Positions 51,544 to 61,953 of a stretch of 64,000 nt of DNA are shown here, one piece after another. The notes below the pieces were generated by a model, which was given only the letters and a program-made list of their open reading frames with translations, had not been told where the DNA came from and searched no databases. Source of the DNA: Acanthaster planci. Its lineage: Eukaryota. The first letter of the stretch is position 1. Each line of letters opens with the position of its first letter. The DNA is taken from assembly GCF_001949145.1 (NCBI RefSeq), contig NW_019091357.1:1295210-1359209 (forward strand). Reading direction: 5' to 3'. The position numbers and the translations under genes are program-made.

Positions 51544-53805
51544 GTCGTTTGATGAACAAAATCTATCCAATAAAAGTTGCCACCGTCCAGTTTAAGAGTG
51601 GAAATTGATTGCACGTGAGCAATCACTGCAGGTAATTCGGGGCGGATCCAGGTTTTTTGCGGGGGGGGATGTTTGTTTGCATACAAGAAAGGGGGCGGAT
51701 TACTTCATGCAATCGTCGCCGCTGGTGAAGCCATCCAATTTCTTTATTTTGTCCTTAAAATGCACGCATAATAAGACCCGACGTGGATAGTTTGGGCTTT
51801 TGAAGGGGTCTTCCAACGTAAGCCCCTTAAAAAGGGTATTGAGCAAGGAGGGGGTGATCCCCACCCCCGGGCTCGGGATCCACTCCTGTAAATGTATATA
51901 TTCACTTCATTGAAAAAAAGAGATCACAAATGTGAATGAGTATTCGACTTTGGGTATTTCTTTTACCCAATAAATAAAGCAGAAAGCGAAAGTGTGGTAC
52001 GGAAAAAGATCTGCCAAGACAAACATTTTTTTCCTGACGTCAAGTTGAAACAGTAAGCTAATTCAGTTCTAAAAACAACACTGAAACAACCAGCGTCCTA
52101 CAGCAGTGGACACACACTGAGCAAAGATGGGTCGAGTGGTGATTTAGGTCAAGTGATGGACTGTGCCTGGGTGCGGGGGGGGGGAAGTATGAGAATTCCA
52201 ATCAATTACACCAACCGTTCGAGGGACAGATGTGCCACTTTGATTTTGGCAGTGTGTACTTTTCCTTCTCTCACTCGTGGAAAATGTTTTTTTTTAAAAC
52301 GTTGAGTTACTAATACATTCCCTCTGCTTGATCCTGCATGCAGTTAATGAATGGACAATTGCTGTAAAAAAGGTGTGATAATTTTTGAACTTTGGATCGG
52401 GTATTTCCAATGCACAGGGCTTTAAGAAACAAGGAAACCTGTGGGGGCGGTCCAAATCTTGGGTATATCTGAACTGAAGGCTTACAATCTGACCAAAACT
52501 AAACGAAGACTACTTCCACCGATTGAATACACTCCATTCTTTTCGATAGCGAAATATGACTTTGGAGCTAAAAGCTTCGCGGTCCGAGAGGATCCACACA
52601 AAGACGAAGCGGGATTACACCCCCCCAAGTTCCTGGATATTTATCTCCTGGGTTGTCACATATCATCCGCTTGGTGTCACAGTTGGCAGCTTCCGGTTTG
52701 GAAATACCTGATGTATGCTTTGACACTGAACGAGGCTGTTTCTTTGATGAAAGTGTATTCGTGTGCGTCATCAAAAGAGAAAATAAGTAATGTTTTTGAT
52801 GCCCCAAATTAAATATAGTTTGATGCCTGCCTCGCTGAGGCAATATTACCCAAAATCACCACAACACTTTCTGTGCATTTCAACAGAGAGACAATAAAGT
52901 TTAAAAACTGAATTGTACTTGGTAAAAATATAACTTTAGACAGATTTACGTGCATGCACGAATTCTTTTAAAAGATTTAATAAAAGTTGTATACCGGCAT
53001 GGCACGACTCGATCGATGCATTCCAATTTGTTTTTTTATTGTGTATGTATTGTTCTTTCTCGAGTTGCATTTTCTTTGATGATATACAAATAAATTACTA
53101 ATATATAAATAAATAAAAAATTACTTCATGAATATAAAATTAAGAATACGATTCGCAAATACAAAAATAAATGTCAATAGTCGACTCTCCCTGCTCCTCA
53201 AGCTTAATCGTAGCGTAAAGTATAGTTTTTGCACATTGTTCACAGTCTATCAGCGGGTTCTGAAGCTCAAACTTGAAATATTGCATAAATCAAACCGAGT
53301 AACATTTGTCAAGATTATTGGCTACTTAAACGTAAAAGCTGTGTATAGCAAGCTGTGTATTTTTGATGTTTGGAGCTTAATCATTAACCTAACTACCATC
53401 TGATTTTTTCTATAATTAACAGCATTAGACCCAAAGTACTTATAATTTAATTTAAGGACCGGAGAAAAGATCACGGAAAAGAAACAGATATACGTTTATA
53501 AGTATACGTTTATGACAAAAACAAACATTTTTAGAAAAAAATAAAATTTATTCTAAAATATCACTCTTTAAAAAGTCATTTTAATCTCATATTCGTAAAA
53601 ATCTCTTGCGGTGAATGTAGATTGGCCTTCTTTGCTTAAGTTGCACGGGGTTTCAAACATTAAGATGGTTGGAGTCTAGTTTATAATTTTCTCATGAAAA
53701 TCTTCCCTGAGTGAAAGATATGTCCTGCTTTCCACTCGTCCCTCTGAGGGACAGTATATAATCCAGCTGCTGTCATCGTCCAGTTTGTTGAAGGTTTCCG
53801 GACGT

Positions 53806-54339
53806 CTATGTCGATGGTAACACGCACACGCAAGCCACGGGCACGGACTCCAAACTGACCTCGTAATCGTCCAACATGTCGTCGCACTGGCTAGCCGTCG
53901 GGGAACGCCGCAACACGGCTATCGTGTAGTTGTGAAGGTGGCAGCTGGCGTAGGGATTGTCCCGACATTCACCGGTAGCGTTTGTGCAGCGAGCGAAAGG
54001 TAGTTGGCGAGGTATGCGGTTCGGGTCTGTCTGGGTGTAGTAACTCCATGGACAGACGCACTCGCGCGGCGAAGCAGGACCCACTGGGAGCGGTGGGCTC
54101 CACGAAACGGCCACCCGGCGGTCGTTCTGCGACTGCCGCTTTTTGGGCCTAGCCCGGTGGGAATGCTCGACTCTTGGCGACTGGTCGTCGTTGGTTGTCA
54201 GAGTCTCCGTCTCCGTTCGTCTCTTACCAGGTCTGGACCGACTGCCCCGGCGATTTTTGCTTCCGAGTGTTGGAGTGAGTGTAGAAACCAAGAGGAGAAC
54301 ACCAAGAAGGCAGAAGAGCTTAGTGCTGGTCAACTTCAC
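53806..54339 (-). CDS. IL17: IL-17 gene 6, exon 2: divergent interleukin-17-family protein with a basic N-terminal region (CDS join 55906-55904,54339-53806; 178 aa)
   Basis: Acceptor ttttattgcAG (54341-54340); signal peptide VKLTSTKLFCLLGVLLLVSTLTPTLG; CPWSYYTQTDPNRIPRQLPFARC...EC...CHLHNYTIAVLRR...QC...ESVPVACVC. Confidence 0.9.
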   Translation of the reverse strand: MKLTSTKLFCLLGVLLLVSTLTPTLGSKNRRGSRSRPGKRRTETETLTTNDDQSPRVEHSHRARPKKRQSQNDRRVAVSWSPPLPVGPASPRECVCPWSYYTQTDPNRIPRQLPFARCTNATGECRDNPYASCHLHNYTIAVLRRSPTASQCDDMLDDYEVSLESVPVACVCVLPST

Positions 54340-54806
54340 CTGCAATAAAAACCAACAACAACTAAGTTTTCGAATATCCAATGCAAAAATAGGGGACGGA
54401 GTTTCCAAAATCACACAACTTTTTTGTCAACTCGGAAATTCACAGCGACGCATACATTCACCCAGGGTGGAGCTAGCTTTCAGGAAAAGACACAAAAGGA
54501 AAGAGGCTTTTTTTTCCTCGGATACATGCTCGCTAATCCCTGGGAATGGGGAAATATACAGGTGCTTTTTCCTGCAGTCTGGGCCAGTTTGAAAATAAAA
54601 CTGGTCACGTTTTTTTACGAAGAGGAAGGGGAGACTATACCCCCACCCCTCATCGCCATACTGATACTGAAGACCGGTCTAGTTTCGTGTGATTCAAGAG
54701 AGCCAGTGTGCGCATGCACCATTTTGATGCTGGCACGTCATAGAATATTTATAGCCCCGTGCGCCTGACGTCATCGATATTCCGGTGAAACTATTCAAAT
54801 GTTTGC

Positions 54807-54921
54807 TTCACACGGATTTGGATCACGATCAGCGATCCGTTGGTTTACGCACACCAAAACCCGCGTAGTGGATGGTGCGAACCAGCGTTAGGATCACTGA
54901 TCGAGATTCAGATCCGTGTGA
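54807..54921. repeat. Palindromic element (MITE-like) in the intron of IL-17 gene 6
   Basis: TTCACACGGAT ... ATCCGTGTGAA ends with further imperfect internal complementarity. Confidence 0.55.
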
Positions 54922-55903
54922 ACCACGGGTCCTACTGTGCTAATTCATGTAGGACCTGCGAGGATTGCTGGTCTGGGACCAGTCTAAAACATTTCCTCTG
55001 CATTTATATTGCTCGTACGTTTCCAATGACAGTTCGCCCACCAGCGGCTCTGACAGGAAGCTACATCATTAGCAAATCGAAATAGGAAGTAAACGTACCT
55101 CTACCGCACTGGTATCGGCTCCCGCAAACAGAATAAACATTGACACAGTCCCATTCATAATAAAAGACGTAACTAATTGCGGGAAACCTACGTCTGTTCT
55201 TCAACAATACGAAACTGATCCACGCACATGGCATAAAAAGCATACTAGACAAAAGATTAAAGCGTGCTTTATATAAAAACCGTAAAAAAAATTTGATAAT
55301 TTTTAATTGACGTAACCTATGGTCTACATTATTGTTATCATTCGGAGTATTTTGTGGTTTTAAAAAAGTAACAATCTTGAATGATCTTTGTTCTTTTCCA
55401 ATTGAATCCAGGTCTACATACAAGAAAAAACCAACAAGAAAGTAACTCATTTTGTAAAATTCAATTTCTATTCAAAACTGCATTAAACAGCGACCTTGTT
55501 ACATTCTTTTTATCTTTTAAGGGATCAGCCGACAACTTCGCGAGTAGCGATCATTTAGTCCAAGAAAGTACAAAAAGCAAAGCAGTTTGCGGTAGGAAAC
55601 AGATTCGCTCCAGATTAGTAGAGGATAAATGATTACAGGGCTAATCAACCAGTTGATTGGAGTGAAGTAACAATGAAGTTTTTGGTTGCTAGAACCAATT
55701 TTTGGTTTTAACAACTCACCAACGTTTACAGAGTTGCATTAACGCCACGATTAGTGCCTATATTCCGCATCCGAGTCGGTCGCCCTGCCCAGCCCACAAT
55801 CTATTCTACTAGCAGCTTTTAACACAACAGCAAACTTCAAAATCTAATTTTTATAAACTTCACAAAGTATACCATTAAATTGAAACAATGAAATGATTCT
55901 TAC

Positions 55904-55906
55904 CAT
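55904..55906 (-). CDS. IL17: IL-17 gene 6, coding exon 1 (ATG only)
   Basis: AAG ATG|GTAAGA donor, same context as gene 2; TATAAAA at 56024-56018. Confidence 0.7.
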
Positions 55907-58900
55907 CTTTGTTGTTTCAGGGATGTATTTCTTGAAAATAAATCAAGCGAATTCTGCAAATCGAACGTTTGCGCTCACTTTCCGATACTACATAGCCGCT
56001 ACGTCAAATTCACAGGCTTTTATATCTTCTTCCGATCTTGCTATTGCGGAAACTTTTAAAACTGATCTTTACGTTTTCGTCATAATTGTGTTTCTAGACT
56101 ATATATTTCCTCCTCTGTCGTATAAAGCACACGTGGAACGCACCTGCCATCAAGATGTATAGAGAACTGGTTGTCACGAGTTGAAAAACGAGTAAAGTGC
56201 GAATCTCTGAAATGGGTGGGCGTTCTCTGCATATATTCTTTTTTGAGTACAATGATGCGACGGTGTGGTTTGGCTGTGATACGATGTTTCCCGATTTGGA
56301 ACAGAACAGCGGGGGGTTTTTGTAAGTCTACGTACCTGGAAAATGAGAAAGAATACTAAACCAGTGTAAGGTTTTAGTTGACAATGGCTGATACCGGGGC
56401 CTCGTTGGCATTGTTATCGCCTCTCTTCAATCTTCCATCCAAAAATAGAAAGGTCCCTTTTCTGGGCCGAATTAGATGGAGAATCATAATCTTGATGTTA
56501 CTTTTCAGAGTGAGGCTTGCGCAAAACTACCTCGGGTTGGAAAAAGAGCTCTGATAAATTAGCAATTGTTGATGAGCAGAACCACGTCGTGGGGATCATC
56601 TGTCTGCATATGTCTGCCGTGTCAGATAAAGAGGGCAGGCGATGTGGAAATATGATAAAGAACGGTTGTTTGAATTGTACAACCCAGCGTAGAGGCACCT
56701 CTCATCGCGAGACAGATCGCCTGATATTCCTTGGGAAGAGAGAGCAGAAACCTATAATATATAGAGGACGTAGTTTCATATTGGGGGGGGTACTGTCTAG
56801 TTTTTTAATATGCAGTATTCCCTGTTGTTCCGTCCCTGTGGGATTTCGGGGGGGTGCATGGTGGAATTATTCATCTTTTGCTTCTCGTGAAATTCTGCTG
56901 CAAGACAGGTGGTGAATTCACTCGGGTCTTTCTTATCCCGAGCGTTGCTGTTTATCGATTGCAGATTTTTAGAAATTGCACATCGAAATGAAGACAACAA
57001 CAACGACGACAAAAGCAACAATATCAACAACAACAAAACCCCCAAACGAGGAATGCTTGTACCCATTTATCCTGGGACAGTTCCTTAAACCCTTGTCTTT
57101 ATTGATGTTTGCTGCTAATTCCATTTCTTGGCAAAGGTTACTCAATTTTTTCACGAGAGTGCTCTTCTCCAATAAGATCGAATCTTGGATCTCCAATAAG
57201 CTGAAAGGGTATAAATTTTCGCCCGAAAGGTTGCGTGCAAACGAAGCAATCGCTCGAGCTGCGTGTAGTGTTGCACAAGCAATTATGCAACATTTTGAAC
57301 AGCCCTGATGCTGTTGCTAATAAATCCAGCTTACAACGAAGTCATCCCCATTAAGAACGATACGGACAGAGCCGAGCAGACATTCTAAACTTGGCAGTGT
57401 ATTCTTCTTGAAGGGTTTGGCCTTCACATTTTATTTCGGGCAAAATGTCTTGCACATGGTCGTTACATAATCCTGACAAATAAAACACTTCAGTTATCTA
57501 TTCACAGGTAAATTAACAAGGCCTACATGAAAACCAATACCCCGATTTTAGCGTTCTCTGTTAATGTGACGCAAATTTTTCGAAGTACAAACTGTAACGC
57601 GAAGTTTTGGGTTTGTTTTTCAGGCTTACACAAGAGATGCCTAGTTCTATTCTAGTTCCCTACAAATTACCGACGTATTCGTCCATAATACAGCCACGGT
57701 TACCGGCGACTGCGCAACTGAAACCTTGTTGAATTGAAAGGCTGTTTGTTATTCGTACACATTTGCAACGACCGTCGCCGTTGCTATTGTTCTCCGATCA
57801 ACTGGCTGGCAGTTTCAAAATCACGGCGCACTCGAATTTGAGGTTGAAACTCGAAAGCGCTTCAGCTGCCAGCGAGACTCAGGCTGTGTGCCGGAAGGGC
57901 GGTTGTTGTTTTAAAAAAAAATGCGCGGGAGTAGTCAAGCAACTTTACTGTCAACCGGCAAAGTTAGACGGGAGCTGTTTTGAATGAAGCTAAATTTAGC
58001 TCGGGTGAACTATTTAGCGAATCGTAAGAGGTGTTTCCTTTTTTTAACGTGGTGGATTAGATCACTCAAAGAAACGACCAGAAAATAGAAACCATCAATA
58101 ACTACACCTAATAAATTGTACTTCAGTTTTCAAGAGTTCTCATTATTTTGCAGGCAACGTAATTTATCTGTCATACATGCCCTCATGTATCAAGATCACT
58201 GCCAAGATTATGACACAGAAAGGCCTGTCGTTAAAAGACAACATTCTTCAAGGAATGAGACAAACTGCTAGACAAACTGCCGCTGTTCGACAAAGCAAGG
58301 TGCTCATCTTTACAGAAAGGTTTGCGGTAGAAGCCGATGTTTACAGAAAGTTTTTCGGGTAGCATCGCATGATCCTTTACAAATAGTCGTTAAGCTCCCC
58401 CCAAGAGATCGTTGAAATGCGCTGAATGTGGGAGGTTCACGGTTCAGCGACATGAGAACATGAGCAGAATTGGGTAATAATAATGAATGGTCGTGAAAAG
58501 GCAAATCACAGTGACGCTGTTGTATAAAAAGTCTTTTGCTACTCTACACTCAGCGACGCTGTCTGGCACCATCATTGGTTCTGGTTCTGCCAGAACGCCG
58601 TTGATTGCACGGTACGATTTTGTCGTTTATTAACCCGGTTTATCTCCTTGCTGAACTGGTGTTCTTCAAAATTTCGTCCGTGTAATACTAGAGATTGTCT
58701 GCCAGATTTAGTGTCGATTTGTAGGGTTTCGGTGTTCAAAAATTTACACACCCGGTGATTGCTAAAAATATATAACTCGCTCACTCTTCAGGTAGTTGCT
58801 TCAGGGGATCCAAACAAAAGTAGTTTTCTTTTTCCTTTTGCCAGTTGGTCAAAAGAAACATTTTCATTACGCGCTGTTTTGCCCTTTCCACTATGTAAAA

Positions 58901-59631
58901 TTTAGTGGGGTCGTCCCTTCTGTTTCGACACAATAAAAAAAATAACACATTCTCAAAACTCCATAGTCAAGCGCTAAACATCCACTCTGAAGTAGTTTTT
59001 AAGCATGAAATCGTCAGTATATTGAATCGATTGATTTACCGTGTTAACAGATCGCAAAACTGGCATACATCACCTCATTTCCCCAAGGCAATAAAAAAAA
59101 TCAGACTATGAGCAGACATTTCCAGATATTTCTTCACAAATAGCTTTTTATGTAAAATACAGGGGAAGCCCAACAGAATTTCAAGATGACCTGCTGTCCC
59201 AACCAAATTACCCTTAATGAGTTAGCCCGTCTTGCAAAAAAAAGTCTTTTAATGCATTGGTAACTGGTTCCAATGTTGTACCAATTACAGCTGGTTTCTT
59301 CCATACATTTCGTTTTGAATGTTTTTAAATAGTAACATGCAAGGAAACACCATTTTATTGTGCTCATGGGTTCCGATCACACACATAGCCAGACAAGCCT
59401 TGTCTATGAACGAAGGCGAATCTTTGAAAGTTCTTTATGATTCTAAGGATCCTCTTGCAATTTTCCTTGTAAAAACAGGAGATACTTAAAAAAAAGTTAT
59501 CTGCCGAAAAGTAATCTACACTCAACTAAGAAAAAACAGGTCTGTAACCGAGATTGTCGTGAGAACTGATTCATTCTTTAACCATTGCCAAAAACGTGTT
59601 CAGGGGTTGAGATTGTCATTTTCTGTTGACA

Positions 59632-59974
59632 GGTGCTGTCGACGTGGCTGCGCTCGGCCAAAAAAATTGTGATCGTAGACTACAGTGAAGAAGTGAATTA
59701 AGATATTCAACAAGGACGGCACTTTGGATTTCTCGTTCATTGCATTGCCAGCTGATGAACGTAGCGAAACAGATGATCGCCCACGCAGTGTAGAAGTCAA
59801 AAAGGACGGGACCATCTTAGGTGATGATACCAATAGAAAAGTACTGACGAAGCACAAACCCAGCGCCGTGGCTCGCTCCTCCGCAAGCTGTCCGTAGTGA
59901 TCGAGCCGTACTACTTGGCCGTTGGTAGCAGCGATCAAGTCGCCATTAGCCACCTCGAAGACGAAGCAAGGTGA
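59632..59974 (+). pseudogene. Frameshifted NHL-repeat (TRIM-NHL-type beta-propeller) gene fragment
   Basis: Joining frames gives GAVDVAALGQK/IVIVDYSEEV/IKIFNKDGTLDFSF...PRSVEVKKDGTILGDDTNRKVLTKHKPS/GSLLRKLSVVIEPYYLAVGSSDQVAIS; at least three frameshifts. Confidence 0.72.
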
Positions 59975-61863
59975 TTTACCGCGGTGAAGCTGAGCTCTTT
60001 TCCATCAAGCCGCAAAGCGTATACCGCCATTTGAAATTATTCCAATGGGCGGATACAATGCAAAAACTGGGATGTTAAAGTAACACCCCGGTGCTATCAG
60101 AGGACTACACTAACACCTTTTACTGGTGTTGTTTGGTGTTTTAACACCCTCCAGTGCACTGTAAAACTTATCGATGTGCAAATTAACACCAGCGGTATTA
60201 AAGAAACTCTCTGGTGTAGTCTTCTGATAAAATTAGAAGTGTTGATTTTAACATGCAGTGTAGCATTGGGCGTCAGACAATTTTTGTCACGACACCAACT
60301 TGTGAGTGTTAGCTTCTCTTGGACTTTTGAAAATGAACCTCAATTCCTCCAGTGATGTGTTTGCCTAATGATATTTTACCGTGACTTATGCATCAAATAT
60401 CCACCGTCGCCCGCATGAACAGACCGTACTACATCCAAAACTGAAAATGTCTGGCCGGGTGGAGGAGATTCCTAGCTGATTCAACCCAGCGCACCATCCT
60501 GGCGCTATTAATTTGCTTTGTGAATTACATGTGTAACCGAAGGCCAGAAATACGTCATGCACCAAGCATTGCAATTTTCAAGTCGAAACTTCACTCCCTT
60601 AATGTAGGAGTTATCAGGGGGGGGGGCTCACTTTAAATAAATATCTGCTCCGTCACCTCGCGCCTGCATATTACATCCCTGATGAAGAGATTATGCAGTA
60701 TTCCACCAGAACCAGAACCGATTTCTTGTTCTTTTTCTATCAACATTATAAAAAAACAGAAACAGGCAAGACAGTCTCTGACTCCGGCTTTTGTTTGTTT
60801 TGTTGTAGTTTGTTGTCCGTTGCTGCTGTTGCGGCACCCAGCACTCGCTTCCCAGTGAACCAGGAATTATAAAAGTAAAGTCTGGATGCTTCAGTACGAT
60901 GGCCTGCTTTATTTTTCTGAAAATTCATTTGCCGGAACAAGATCGCGTGCAAATGTTAAAACTGCGACATGAACAATCAAATAATGCACCCGGCATGAAA
61001 GCCACTGACCAACAGCTGTCGCTATTTCCCCGAGCTACGTATGGATCGACCCGCAGCCTGCTGAATCTGACACGACCTATGTAGAGACAGTAGAACCAGT
61101 CTATTTGTATGTTTCACGAAGGTGGTCACGTCCATTAGTAGTCAAAGGTAAAGACAGAATTTAATTCTCAATTTTCTTTTCAAAAGCATAAATAAAATAA
61201 CTTATAATGATATATTTCGTTTTTTTAAAGTAACTTAACATATTAAAATAAAGGATATGGATGAAATTAATTCACTTTAAACTACACTTGAAGAAGGTTT
61301 CAATAAGTAAATACCCCCATGAGTTCAACTTGGACTACACCACAACTAGCATCCTTTCAAATCCCATTGGTCGGTCAATTGATTGACCTTTATAACCGAG
61401 GGGACTTTAAAACGTAAACGCACGTACCACGACTGGGGGTGCATATAGATTTTTGACTCACGTCTGGTCCGTCGAGCGTCGTTACGTACTCCATCCGTGG
61501 TTACTCAAAGACCAGCGGTGGTTTGTTCCCAATTCCGCCAAACTGCTCGGAATACCGAATAGGAAGGTAGGCAAAGCACAGATTTTGTTTCTACATGTAG
61601 ACTGCTTTCGTTTCGTATGTACATATGTGAATAGCAAGAACCGATGCACTACTCAACATGACTCAACCGATCGAATTGCTTTCTCTTTGTTTTCGAGAAT
61701 TTTGTTGCTTGAGACTGCATGGAACTGTCGGTAGTGCCTTCCCTTACTATTCAGGAAGTACATATGTGGACCACAACCAACACGCTTATAAAGTGAAAAA
61801 AATATTGTGCCCTTTTGCTGCGTTCCACCCCTTAAAATACAGCAGAACTACTTGCCTGCGTAA

Positions 61864-61953
61864 GTTACCCCCAGAACTGTGGGGTCCGACGTCCACTCCT
61901 CTTCCTGTAGGGTCCGCTCCTTTCCCTGTGTGGGGTCAGATGTCCACTCCTCC
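61864..61953. repeat. Short internally repeated element; related palindromic copy at about 63162-63227
   Basis: ttaccc.cagaact.tggggtccga and tggggtc.ga.gtccactcct recur at both loci. Confidence 0.55.

Noticed and set aside
16608..54592. Overlapping alternative-frame and antisense ORFs over the IL-17 exons
   Set aside because: Expected from the GC-rich codon usage of the true exons; no independent motifs.
56500..57310. Several 66-132 aa ORFs upstream of IL-17 gene 6
   Set aside because: Partly driven by a (CAA)n-like low-complexity tract; no splice-consistent model or domain recognised.
59600..59953. 117-aa minus-strand ORF
   Set aside because: Shadow of the plus-strand NHL pseudogene; no recognisable motifs.
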